Below are positions 1-8,808 of a DNA stretch of 43,949 bases, one piece after another. The position numbers were made by a program, and so were the translations under genes. Position 1 is the first letter of the stretch. Every line of letters begins with the position of its first letter. Where the stretch lies: the sequence record SRR22947727_3076. One strand, given 5' to 3'. The notes under the pieces are model-generated. The model saw only the letters and a list, made by a program, of their open reading frames with translations, made no database searches and had not been told where the DNA came from.

Positions 1-67
1 GGTAGACGCGCAGGATTAAGGATCCTGTGGGGTAAAACCCGTGGAGGTTCGAGTCCTCTTCCGCGCA
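1..67 (+). tRNA. tRNA-Leu, anticodon AAG (5' end cut off by window; CCA not encoded)
   Basis: D-loop GGTAGAC; anticodon stem CAGGA(11-15)/TCCTG(23-27) with loop TTAAGGA (AAG at 18-20, G37); long variable arm GGGT-AAA-ACCC; T-arm GGAGG-TTCGAGT-CCTCT; 3' acceptor strand TCCGCGC plus discriminator A67. Confidence 0.92.
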
Positions 68-72
68 CAAGT

Positions 73-729
73 ATGGAAACTATAAAAACAATTGCAATCA
101 TAAATGATCCGAAAGTAACTCTCGGATCGTTATCAAATATTGATATAGAAGAAAAGTATGCATGGGACGTTAATTGGGAATCACTTTCAGAGCATCATGA
201 ATATATCATATTAGGTGGGCACATGGGGGCATATGAGATAGAAACCTATCCGTACTTGCTCAAAGAAAAGGAATGGCTTAATAAAGTTATTAACAATGGA
301 ACTAAAGTATTTGGTATTTGCTTAGGTGCACAACTTATTGCTGATTCAATGGGGGGCACAGCATTTCTTTCTGAAGAGATTGAGTTTGGATTTAAAGAGT
401 TAGAATTTCACAAAGAGTCTGAAATATTCTCGGGGTTAAAAAATTCAAAAGTCTTTTTATGGCATAGAGATACCTTCACCCTTCCTCCATCAGCAGAGCT
501 TATTGCTTCGACAAAATATCCTCAAATCTTTACAATTGGAAATTCTATTGCCGTACAATTCCATCCGGAGGTAACAGAAACTCTTTTTAAAGACTGGTAT
601 GACAGTGACACAAGTAGAAAAGAGTTAATAGATTATGATGTATCTTCAACTTTAAATTATTTAATAACTAATACAGAACAATTAAAGTTTGAAATCAATT
701 CAATATATAAAAAGTGGAAAAATATTTAA
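73..729 (+). CDS. class I glutamine amidotransferase-like protein
   Basis: GICLGAQ nucleophile elbow, WHRD, and QFHPE (Cys-His-Glu triad). Confidence 0.88.
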   Translation: METIKTIAIINDPKVTLGSLSNIDIEEKYAWDVNWESLSEHHEYIILGGHMGAYEIETYPYLLKEKEWLNKVINNGTKVFGICLGAQLIADSMGGTAFLSEEIEFGFKELEFHKESEIFSGLKNSKVFLWHRDTFTLPPSAELIASTKYPQIFTIGNSIAVQFHPEVTETLFKDWYDSDTSRKELIDYDVSSTLNYLITNTEQLKFEINSIYKKWKNI

Positions 730-1304
730 AAATTTGTGTCATTTATTTTTTGAACATAATTTTTTAATATGGAGTATCTTTTAACAATTTCTCTTTCGGA
801 AACTAGATAATTCCTTGTTTCATCAGTCATTGGCAACTTTGCTGACAGTTCCCAAAGTTTTAGAATTCTATTTGCTGAGTCTATTTCAAATATTGGTAAT
901 TCGATATCTAAACCTTGTTCTATCAATTTTCCAATGCCTCTTTTGATATCTGCTTCAAGAGATAAAAGTTCATCTTCGGTTGGCGGTAGCCCAATATCTA
1001 TTACTAACTCACCTGAGGCTTTTGGATATTCATTTTCAAGGTTGATATTTGTAACTTTTATTAGATTGATACACTCTACAACTACTACCTGTTCAGCGTT
1101 TGATATGTCTTGATGATCAATAATCCTAACTTCTGAGGAAATCTCGTTTAAATTATCCAACGACCTACCAACACAAAATGTACTATTATTTTGAATACTA
1201 TCACCTATTAAAAGAAGATATCTTGGCTCAAATATACGTAAAACTGATATTTCATGTGGAAAATAATTAATACCAGCGGCAAAAAAAGGAAATTCAACTA
1301 TCAT
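726..1304 (-). CDS. Lon protease N-terminal (substrate-binding) domain protein, standalone
   Basis: FPFF..YFP....LRIFEPRY motif typical of the LON N-domain; no AAA+ or protease domain. Confidence 0.8.
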   Translation of the reverse strand: MIVEFPFFAAGINYFPHEISVLRIFEPRYLLLIGDSIQNNSTFCVGRSLDNLNEISSEVRIIDHQDISNAEQVVVVECINLIKVTNINLENEYPKASGELVIDIGLPPTEDELLSLEADIKRGIGKLIEQGLDIELPIFEIDSANRILKLWELSAKLPMTDETRNYLVSEREIVKRYSILKNYVQKINDTNF

Positions 1305-1340
1305 AATCTTTGTTATTTAGGATAAGTGATATAAAACATT

Positions 1341-2387
1341 ATGAGAATAGAAGATGAGATAAAGTTAACTTTTGATGATGTATTGATAAGACCTAAAAGA
1401 AGTACACTCGTATCAAGAGCAGAAGTCGAATTAAACAGAGAATTTAAATTTCGACATTCAAGCGAAAAATGGACTGGTATACCTATCTTCTCGGCAAATA
1501 TGGATACAACAGGGACGTTTGAAACAGCTAGGGCACTTCAAGTTCACAGCATGCTTACTGCAGTTCATAAATTTTATACTTTAGATGAATGGCAAGAAAA
1601 CCTAAAAAGTCTAGATCCAGAATATCTTGCTGTGACTGTGGGCACTTCAAAAGAAGACTTTGAGAAAGCTGTAGATGTCTTCAAACTAGAAGATGGATTA
1701 AAATTTTTATGCTTGGATGTTGCAAATGGCTACCGTGAAGATTTTGTAGAATCAGTTAAGAAATATAGAGAAAAATTTCCAAACAAAATAATTATTGCAG
1801 GAAATGTAGCTACTAGAGAAATGACAGAAGCACTGATCCTTGCTGGTGCTGATATAGTTAAAATTGGTATTGGTCCTGGATCGGTTTGTACTACTAGAAA
1901 AGTAGCAGGTGTGGGCTACCCTCAACTTTCTTCTATTTCTGAGTGTTCTGATGCCGCTCACGGTCTTGGTGGACATGTAATTGCAGATGGTGGTTGCAAG
2001 TACCCAGGTGATGTTTCTAAAGCTTTTGGAGCTGGTGCTGACTATGTCATGCTTGGTGGAATATTTGCTGGTCACAAAGAATCGGGAGGAGAACTTGTCA
2101 CCGATAAAAATGGTATTCAGTACAAAGATTTTTATGGAATGTCTTCAAGAAAAGCTCAAGAAACATATTATGGTGACCTTGCAGAACATCGCGCACCTGA
2201 GGGGAAAAAAGTAAGACTTAAATACAAAGGTGAGATTGACTCTACTGTTAAATCAGTCCTTGGCGGAATTAGATCAGCATGTTCCTATGTAGGTGCAAAG
2301 TCTATTAAAGACTTGCCAAAAAGTACTACGTTCATAAGAGTTACACAAACAACAAATGAAATATTTACAGGATCTGATAACAGTTGA
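1341..2387 (+). CDS. guaC: GMP reductase (type 1)
   Basis: N-terminus MRIEDEIKLTFDDVLIRPKRSTL, ANMDTTGTF, DVANGY, KIGIGPGSVCTTR, FYGMSS; no CBS domains. Confidence 0.95.
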   Translation: MRIEDEIKLTFDDVLIRPKRSTLVSRAEVELNREFKFRHSSEKWTGIPIFSANMDTTGTFETARALQVHSMLTAVHKFYTLDEWQENLKSLDPEYLAVTVGTSKEDFEKAVDVFKLEDGLKFLCLDVANGYREDFVESVKKYREKFPNKIIIAGNVATREMTEALILAGADIVKIGIGPGSVCTTRKVAGVGYPQLSSISECSDAAHGLGGHVIADGGCKYPGDVSKAFGAGADYVMLGGIFAGHKESGGELVTDKNGIQYKDFYGMSSRKAQETYYGDLAEHRAPEGKKVRLKYKGEIDSTVKSVLGGIRSACSYVGAKSIKDLPKSTTFIRVTQTTNEIFTGSDNS

Positions 2388-2617
2388 ATATAGAAATATA
2401 TACTAAAGATTTCTGTATTTGGTGTGATAGAGCAAAATCCTTGCTTGAGTCAAACAACCTTAGCTTTACTGAAATTGATTTATCTGATGACTCAACTAGA
2501 TCTGAATTTTATTCAAAATTAGGTGAAGGCGTGAAAACCGTTCCACAGATATTTATGGATAACAAACGTATTGGTGGTTTTCAAGAACTTGTTAGATGGT
2601 TTGCTGATGGCAACTAA
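2384..2617 (+). CDS. grxC: dithiol glutaredoxin (Grx3-like)
   Basis: CIWC active site, TVPQIF and IGGF motifs; 77 aa; TTG start overlaps guaC stop. Confidence 0.85.
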   Translation: MNIEIYTKDFCIWCDRAKSLLESNNLSFTEIDLSDDSTRSEFYSKLGEGVKTVPQIFMDNKRIGGFQELVRWFADGN

Positions 2618-3509
2618 CGAATCATCTAAAACGGTTTTTCTTGCAATGTCTGTCAATTTTTCTATAGGTATTGCTAAATCAATCATTGCAACAATAACTA
2701 TGTCTAGTGCAATGTTTTCAGAAGCTATACATTCATTTGTAGATACAGGTAACCAATTTCTCTTATGGTTCGGAATAAAGCAATCAAAAAAGGTAGATGC
2801 AAGAATATATCCCTTAGGGAGAGGCAGAGAAGAATATTTTTGGACACTTGTCGTAGCTGTGCTTATCTTCACTATTGGAGGACTTGTTTCTTTAGAACAT
2901 GGAATAGAATCTCTTTCACATCCTAAAAAGCTTGAAAACCTAGCAATTTCAATAACATTATTAATTGTTTCGATAATACTCGAGTCTTATGTGTTAAAAA
3001 AAGCCATTACAGAGCTAAAAAAGGGACAAGATAATAAAAAAAGTGTTGTTGGACTATTAAAAGAATCAACAGATGGACCCTTAATAGCGATTGTAGTGGA
3101 AGACTTTGCAGCAACTTTAGGACTTTTTATAGCATTAGTCGGAACCATACTTTCATCACTTACCCAAAATTCGATATATGACTCAATATCTGCAATTTCT
3201 ATTGGAGTTCTACTCATGGTGTCTGGTTTATTTTTAGGGTATGAAATGAAACATTTAATTACTGGAGAAAGTATTTCACAAGAGAAACTTAGGTTAATTG
3301 AAAATATAATTAATAAAAATAAAAATATATCTAATATAACAAACTTAAAAATATTACCAATAGGAAGTAAGCAATATTTAGCGTTAGTAAAACTCGATTA
3401 CAAAGACTCCCTAGGTGATGTAGACATAGTTGAAACTAATACAGCTCTTAAGATTGAAATAGTAGAAACAGAGTCTACAATCACAGAAATTTACTTTAAT
3501 CCTCAATAA
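2607..3509 (+). CDS. cation diffusion facilitator (CDF) family transporter
   Basis: SEAIHSFVD (TM2), YPLGRGREEYFW, EDFAA (TM5); about six hydrophobic segments; ATG at 2607 preferred to 2571. Confidence 0.88.
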   Translation: MATNESSKTVFLAMSVNFSIGIAKSIIATITMSSAMFSEAIHSFVDTGNQFLLWFGIKQSKKVDARIYPLGRGREEYFWTLVVAVLIFTIGGLVSLEHGIESLSHPKKLENLAISITLLIVSIILESYVLKKAITELKKGQDNKKSVVGLLKESTDGPLIAIVVEDFAATLGLFIALVGTILSSLTQNSIYDSISAISIGVLLMVSGLFLGYEMKHLITGESISQEKLRLIENIINKNKNISNITNLKILPIGSKQYLALVKLDYKDSLGDVDIVETNTALKIEIVETESTITEIYFNPQ

Positions 3510-3511
3510 GA

Positions 3512-3517
3512 TAAAAT
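3512..3517 (+). promoter_or_regulatory. putative -10 element for leaderless msrB
   Basis: TAAAAT followed by 6 nt then ATG at 3524; no SD. Confidence 0.5.
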
Positions 3518-3523
3518 AATCCT

Positions 3524-3895
3524 ATGGCAATAAATAAAGACCATTTAACTGCAGAACAAATACAAGTTACACAATTTTGTGGGACAGAGCCTCCATTTTC
3601 TGGAAAACTTCTTAATGAAAAAAGAATTGGGAGTTATGTATGCGCAGTTTGCAAAGAAATATTATTTGATTCGTCAACAAAGTATGAATCAGGCTCAGGA
3701 TGGCCAAGTTTTTTTGATGCAGTCGCAGAAAAAATAGAAACTAAAGAAGACACCACTCTAGGCATGATAAGAACTGAAATACTTTGTAAAATTTGTTCTT
3801 CCCATCTAGGTCACGTATTTCCTGATGGCCCAAAACCTACAGGCAAAAGGTATTGTGTCAACAGTCTTAGCTTAGAGTTTCAAGTAAATGAGTGA
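3524..3895 (+). CDS. msrB: peptide-methionine (R)-S-oxide reductase
   Basis: GTEPPFSG, two CxxC Zn motifs, SGSGWPSF, HLGHVFPDGP, RYCVNS. Confidence 0.96.
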   Translation: MAINKDHLTAEQIQVTQFCGTEPPFSGKLLNEKRIGSYVCAVCKEILFDSSTKYESGSGWPSFFDAVAEKIETKEDTTLGMIRTEILCKICSSHLGHVFPDGPKPTGKRYCVNSLSLEFQVNE

Positions 3896-4196
3896 AATTT
3901 TTGTAGACCAAAACTGTACTGTTTGTAGTGCTTATGGAAAATTTATAAATAAAAAAAATAAAAATGTAAGCGTATCTAATCAGCTTGATCTTAGTAAAGA
4001 AGACATAGCCAGAGATGAAGTTGTTTATGTAAAGAATAAAGAAAAATTTTATGCTTCTGATGCAATTATTGAGTCTGTGGCCGATCTGGGTGCATTTTAT
4101 AAAATTATTAAAATTTCATATATAATTCCGAAATTCATTAGAAATGCAATTTATAAGGTAATTTCTAGAAATAGAAAAAGGTTTTTTTATAAATAA
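3888..4196 (+). CDS. DCC1-like (DUF393) thiol-disulfide oxidoreductase family protein
   Basis: N-terminal DxxCxxC (DQNCTVC), SDA motif, C-terminal IP..IRNAIY..ISRNR. Confidence 0.8.
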   Translation: MSEIFVDQNCTVCSAYGKFINKKNKNVSVSNQLDLSKEDIARDEVVYVKNKEKFYASDAIIESVADLGAFYKIIKISYIIPKFIRNAIYKVISRNRKRFFYK

Positions 4197-4407
4197 ACTT
4201 AATAAACTAACTCAAACAAAAACATTTAAAACATTTGTGTTGTTTTCTATATTTCGGGCTATACATGGCGCTGTTGTTCTAATATTCTTTTATTACTTTG
4301 GATATAAAGCAAATGTAGGTTTAGAAGTTTATCTACTTTATTTAGTCGTTTCTATATTGCTTTCTAGGCAAATTTTTAAAAGATTAAAAAAAAGGTTTAA
4401 TCTCTAA
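4189..4407 (+). CDS. small two-TM membrane protein (not in ORF track; start uncertain, ATA 4189 or GTG 4237)
   Basis: Open frame filling the gap: ...TQTKTFKTFVLFSIFRAIHGAVVLIFFYYFGYKANVGLEVYLLYLVVSILLSRQIFKRLKKRFNL*; two hydrophobic helices and a basic tail. Confidence 0.55.
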   Translation: MNKLNKLTQTKTFKTFVLFSIFRAIHGAVVLIFFYYFGYKANVGLEVYLLYLVVSILLSRQIFKRLKKRFNL

Positions 4408-4879
4408 AGTTTCCAAATGATAGATGTATATCATAATTTTTATCTTTAATCTCGTTCATAATGGACTGCAGAGAGTCCCTTTTTTTTGAAGTTACACGTA
4501 TCGAACCATCTTGAATAGAGGCTTGCATTTTTTTATCTTTTTCTTTAATAAATTTAACTATTTCTTTAGCATCGACAGTTTCAATCCCAGTTTTTAGGGT
4601 GTAAACTCTCTTGTTTTCAGATGGTGTTTCTTCATCTGCAAAGTCAGATAAAAATTTTATAGATATATTTCTTTTTGCAAACTTTTCTCTTAACACTTGA
4701 TCTGCAGCTAAAAGACGATCTTTAGTGGCACTATTAATACTTACAGTTGACTCTGAACTATTAATAGAAGTATTTGTATTTTTAAAGTCATATCTGTTAA
4801 CAATTTCTCTTTTGCTTTGGTCTACAGCATTTAAAACTTCTTGTTTGTCGAATTCTGAGGTAATGTCAAAACTTGGCAT
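4397..4879 (-). CDS. yajQ: YajQ family nucleotide/c-di-GMP-binding protein
   Basis: MPSFDI, NAVDQ..REI.NRYDFK, ASIQ...RVT.KKRD.LQ, FGNFRD C-terminus. Confidence 0.93.
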   Translation of the reverse strand: MPSFDITSEFDKQEVLNAVDQSKREIVNRYDFKNTNTSINSSESTVSINSATKDRLLAADQVLREKFAKRNISIKFLSDFADEETPSENKRVYTLKTGIETVDAKEIVKFIKEKDKKMQASIQDGSIRVTSKKRDSLQSIMNEIKDKNYDIHLSFGNFRD

Positions 4880-4881
4880 AA

Positions 4882-5070
4882 TCAGCTCCCGTATTTTTCT
4901 TTAATATAGTTAAGTTCACTTTCAATCTTATTGATACTTTCTTTTAAAACTTTAATTTCTTCAACTTTATCAAAGTTCTCATATAGTTTTATCTTGGTTT
5001 CTAACGATCTATATCTGAGTAATAAAAAAAATATTATTACTAACAGACCCACCCAAAATATATTTTCCAT
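4882..5070 (-). CDS. hypothetical single-TM protein with coiled-coil-like tail
   Basis: 62-aa ORF tightly packed between crcB and yajQ; N-terminal TM helix. Confidence 0.65.
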   Translation of the reverse strand: MENIFWVGLLVIIFFLLLRYRSLETKIKLYENFDKVEEIKVLKESINKIESELNYIKEKYGS

Positions 5071-5073
5071 AAT

Positions 5074-5436
5074 CTAATTTACCAGTTTACTACCTATGTA
5101 TACACCTATTAATGCACCAATGATTGATAGAAGTACTGTTGCAAAAAAATAACTAACTGTAGATAATTGTGATTGGGTATTTAATTGTATTAGATCAAAG
5201 GTAAATTGTGAATAGGTAGTAAACCCTCCAAGTATGCCTGTAAGTAGGAAAATGCTAACCAAGCTATTTTCCGCAACTATTGAATATATTATTCCGAATA
5301 AGAATGATCCAAGTACATTTATAAATAACGTCGAGAACTGTGGTAACGAAGATACATTTATTAATGTATTTAATAAAAACCTTAAGACTGTACCTATTCC
5401 ACCACCAACGAAAACAAGTAAAACTTTACTATACAT
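5074..5436 (-). CDS. crcB: fluoride channel Fluc/CrcB
   Basis: GGGIG..LR, TL.INVLGSF, TGILGGFTTYS; four TM segments. Confidence 0.92.
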   Translation of the reverse strand: MYSKVLLVFVGGGIGTVLRFLLNTLINVSSLPQFSTLFINVLGSFLFGIIYSIVAENSLVSIFLLTGILGGFTTYSQFTFDLIQLNTQSQLSTVSYFFATVLLSIIGALIGVYIGSKLVN

Positions 5437-5872
5437 TTTTCTGTCTCAGGTATTCATACCCAACAATTGCAACTGAGTTAGCTAAATTTATACTTCGCGA
5501 ATTATCATCCATTGGTATTGTTAAAAGATATTTTTGCTCCAAAATAATATCTTGTGGTAATCCGACAGATTCCGGACCAAAAACTAAGTAATCAAATGAT
5601 AGGAGATTAGAGTCCCAATAGTTTTTGCTTCCCTTTGCCGAAAGATATGCGATTGTTTTGTTTTGGTTTTTTTGAATAAATTCATCCCAATTTTCATATG
5701 TACTGACCGTAGCTAAATCATGATAATCCAATCCAGCACGGCGAATCTTATTCTCCTGAAAGCTAAAACCAAATGGTTTTATTATATTTAACGGAATACC
5801 TGTATTAGCAGAGAGTCGTATGCAAGCGCCAACATTTCCCGCAATTTCTGGCTGATAAAGTACTATTTCCAC
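5429..5872 (-). CDS. trmL: tRNA (cytidine/uridine-34 2'-O)-methyltransferase (SPOUT)
   Basis: PEIAGNVG, RRAGLDY, FGPES.GLP, RSINLANS. Confidence 0.94.
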   Translation of the reverse strand: MEIVLYQPEIAGNVGACIRLSANTGIPLNIIKPFGFSFQENKIRRAGLDYHDLATVSTYENWDEFIQKNQNKTIAYLSAKGSKNYWDSNLLSFDYLVFGPESVGLPQDIILEQKYLLTIPMDDNSRSINLANSVAIVGYEYLRQKNV

Positions 5873-5923
5873 AATGTAATTATATTCCTATTCAAGAACC
5901 ATATAGTATGTAAAATATTTAGT
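5873..5923. promoter_or_regulatory. divergent leaderless promoters for trmL (-) and the acyltransferase-like gene (+)
   Basis: Minus strand TATAAT (5884-5879) + 6 nt + GTG; plus strand TAAAAT (5911-5916) + 7 nt + ATG. Confidence 0.6.
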
Positions 5924-7477
5924 ATGAAACAATTTACAGGATTATTTCTGCCTTCTTTCAGAAGCTTCAAAAAAGCTCTGAACGAAGTATCTAAAACTTC
6001 AAATTCTAGAGTTAGGTTTATTGACTTTGTAAAAGTTTCAGGTTTGTTGCTAATTATTTTTAATACAAACTATTTTCTAGATTTTGAAAAATCAAGTGGA
6101 GAATTTATTATTTACAATCGTACTGTTTTAGATAGTTCCTTAACTCCTGTCACGTGGTTGACAGCGGGGATGGCCCTATTTTTCTTTTCTACAGGTTTCA
6201 CTAACAAAATTGCTTGGTATTCAAATGTTGGCAGGGACGGAAGTCAGTGGAAATTTTTGACAGATAGGGTGGATGGATTGATGGGATCTGTTCTTGTTTG
6301 GATATTCTTCATTACAGTGTCTTTGAACGCAGCAACAAAATTAATTTATTTTCCTAAGTATATTACAAATCAACAAGATGGAATTCTCACAGTTACAGAA
6401 TTTATCATGTGGCCATTATGGCTTGTGTCAATTTATTTAGTAGTTGTATTGTTTTGTCCACTAACGATATATCTACATAAAAAGAATCCGTATTTGACTC
6501 TTTCTTTTTTGATATTTACCTTGGTGTTAATTGACAATATTGAATTCAACTTATCTCTCTCGTATATAAAGCTGTTTAATTATTTAGTTTTTTGGTTAAC
6601 AATACACCAGCTAGGTTATTTTCTAGCCGATGGAAAAATATTTGCATTCAGAAAATCGTTGTTTGCAGGAATAACATTCTTTTCTTACAGCTATCTATCT
6701 TATATTCACACAACAACTGAGCAGTATTTATCAGTTTCGAATTATCGGTTACTTTCTTTTTCAAACGAAGACCCTCCAACCACTGTATATTTAATTTCAT
6801 CTTTAGGGCTAATTTCACTCTTCCTATTATTTCGTGATCAAGTCGAATCTTTATTAAATAAGAAAATCATTTGGTCTGTCTTCTCGACAATACATGCAAA
6901 TATTTATACATTGTTTCTCTGGCACGTTGTATTATTCTTTTTCATTAGCTATTTTCCAACTTTTATAATCTATTACCCACTAGTAATATTTTTAATTATT
7001 TTTTGTTTCGGTAATTACGAGCGACAAACTTTTAGACTTTCCCGTTCTTTAATCAAAAGAGTGAATCCACTCCAACCATGGCCCACACCAATAAAAGCAA
7101 GGTTATCATACAGTAATTTTCTTCTTGCTTGGATATCTTCAATGTTGATTTTGATTGGTATATTGCAAGTAACTCTTGGTGGTATTGGTTTGTCAGGGTT
7201 CTTTTCCTTAAGGCAGTTATATTTGTTTTCAGGAAATACATTTGAAGCATTTGTTAGGATTGTCATTGGTCTGTTATTACTTAATGTTACGATTAGACGA
7301 AAAGATTTAAAAAACCAGTTACTAGTAATTGGCATTGTTTCTCAGATTATTACATTAGTTGTTAGGTATCAACTTTATAACTCTGTAACTACACTTGAGC
7401 TCTACATGAGTATTTTTTTAATAGGGTTTTTTCTGATACTGATATTTAATAATCGTAACTATAAATCAATAGCTTGA
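5924..7477 (+). CDS. multi-pass membrane protein, acyltransferase-3 (OafA-like) family with C-terminal TM extension
   Basis: N-terminal R.RFIDFVK, PLWL, HQLGYF.ADG, SNEDPPT, YTLFLWH motifs resembling actinobacterial AT3 proteins; more than 10 TM segments. Confidence 0.65.
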   Translation: MKQFTGLFLPSFRSFKKALNEVSKTSNSRVRFIDFVKVSGLLLIIFNTNYFLDFEKSSGEFIIYNRTVLDSSLTPVTWLTAGMALFFFSTGFTNKIAWYSNVGRDGSQWKFLTDRVDGLMGSVLVWIFFITVSLNAATKLIYFPKYITNQQDGILTVTEFIMWPLWLVSIYLVVVLFCPLTIYLHKKNPYLTLSFLIFTLVLIDNIEFNLSLSYIKLFNYLVFWLTIHQLGYFLADGKIFAFRKSLFAGITFFSYSYLSYIHTTTEQYLSVSNYRLLSFSNEDPPTTVYLISSLGLISLFLLFRDQVESLLNKKIIWSVFSTIHANIYTLFLWHVVLFFFISYFPTFIIYYPLVIFLIIFCFGNYERQTFRLSRSLIKRVNPLQPWPTPIKARLSYSNFLLAWISSMLILIGILQVTLGGIGLSGFFSLRQLYLFSGNTFEAFVRIVIGLLLLNVTIRRKDLKNQLLVIGIVSQIITLVVRYQLYNSVTTLELYMSIFLIGFFLILIFNNRNYKSIA

Positions 7478-7487
7478 GTCATAATAT

Positions 7488-8522
7488 ATGAATATGAAAA
7501 AAGATGAATCTAGACAAGAATTATTAAATAGAGCATTTATTTATGTGCTATTTATTGGCATTTCAGTAATTATATTTCTAAGAGTTAAACCTTTACTCTT
7601 TGATCTTTTTGTAGCTGTAGTTTTAGCAGCACTTGCAGAACCAGTTGTTTATAGACTTTCAAAGAAATTCGGTCGAAAGATATCTGCCCTCATTTCTGTC
7701 GCACTGTTACTTCTTGTAATATTTGGAATAATCTTTTCTCTTATTCCAATAATGGTTCAAGAAATTTACTATATATCTACACAATTACCAACATATCTAG
7801 ATAACCTTTTGGATTATTTCAACAGAGAAGGTTTTATAATATCCAACCAGTCTCTAGATTTGGAATCACAATTCAGTACATTTATTAACACTTATGGAGG
7901 AACAGTTGGAGAAACAGTAGTTTTTGCTGGCCAAGGGGTCTTAAGTGCTTTTGGTCATTTCTTTATCATTTTCTTCTTTTCATTCTATTTGATTAGCGAA
8001 GGTGAACAATGGAGGGAAAATCTAAAGCAAAATATCACACCAAGATATTCAAATCTTATTGATCAAGTATGGACAATCGGAGTTTCTAAAGCTGGTGGAT
8101 TTATTGTTGCAAGAGTAATTCTTGGAATACTTGCAAGTATTGTCTTTACAATATCTTTTCTTGTGATTGGATTACCATCTGCTGTAGCTTTGGGTATTGC
8201 TGCAGGTGTTCTTTCTCAGCTAATCCCTGTAATAGGAACATTCCTAGGTGGAATTGTTCCAGTTTTAGCCTCTATTTCACTCGGTGTTAACTATGTTCTT
8301 TATACATTAATTGTTCTATCTGTGTATCAGTTAATTGAAAACTATTTCATAAGTCCAAAAGTTACTCAGTCAACAATGGAGATTCATCCGGCTGTTGCAG
8401 TCTTTTCAACTATATTTGGAGCTTATACTGTGGGTGCTGTTGGCGCTATCTTAGCATTGCCAGTTGCTGCAACAATTCAAGGTGTAGTGGGAACTATTAT
8501 AGAGAATCGAAAAAATGAATAA
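7488..8522 (+). CDS. AI-2E (PerM) family transporter
   Basis: IPVIGT, QLIENYFISPKV, IHP, GAILALPVAA motifs. Confidence 0.9.
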   Translation: MNMKKDESRQELLNRAFIYVLFIGISVIIFLRVKPLLFDLFVAVVLAALAEPVVYRLSKKFGRKISALISVALLLLVIFGIIFSLIPIMVQEIYYISTQLPTYLDNLLDYFNREGFIISNQSLDLESQFSTFINTYGGTVGETVVFAGQGVLSAFGHFFIIFFFSFYLISEGEQWRENLKQNITPRYSNLIDQVWTIGVSKAGGFIVARVILGILASIVFTISFLVIGLPSAVALGIAAGVLSQLIPVIGTFLGGIVPVLASISLGVNYVLYTLIVLSVYQLIENYFISPKVTQSTMEIHPAVAVFSTIFGAYTVGAVGAILALPVAATIQGVVGTIIENRKNE

Positions 8523-8808
8523 TTTTATAAATATACCTATTAATGCTGTGAAATCTATTGATAGTCTTCTCCAACACTTTAAAGAAGAGACTGTTGATGA
8601 GGTGGAGAGTTCAATAAAGTCGTTAAAAAGAAATTTCAAAGCTGGAAACTATCTAGCTCTAGCGACACTATTTATTATTATTGGTGTAGCGTCTATTTTA
8701 AGTCAGATGTTTATTGGAAACTATTTTCTACAAGCTATGACATATTTTTCTATGGCTCTATTATGCTTGATTTCATTCGGATTAATTGTATGGAGAATAT
8801 TAAAATGA
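8515..8808 (+). CDS. hypothetical membrane protein (two C-terminal TMs)
   Basis: 97-aa ORF translationally coupled to the AI-2E gene. Confidence 0.65.
   Translation: MNNFINIPINAVKSIDSLLQHFKEETVDEVESSIKSLKRNFKAGNYLALATLFIIIGVASILSQMFIGNYFLQAMTYFSMALLCLISFGLIVWRILK

Noticed and set aside
1-67. Reading the tRNA anticodon as TAA
   Set aside because: The 5-bp stem fixes a 7-nt loop TTAAGGA whose central triplet is AAG; G37 fits CUN-family Leu tRNAs
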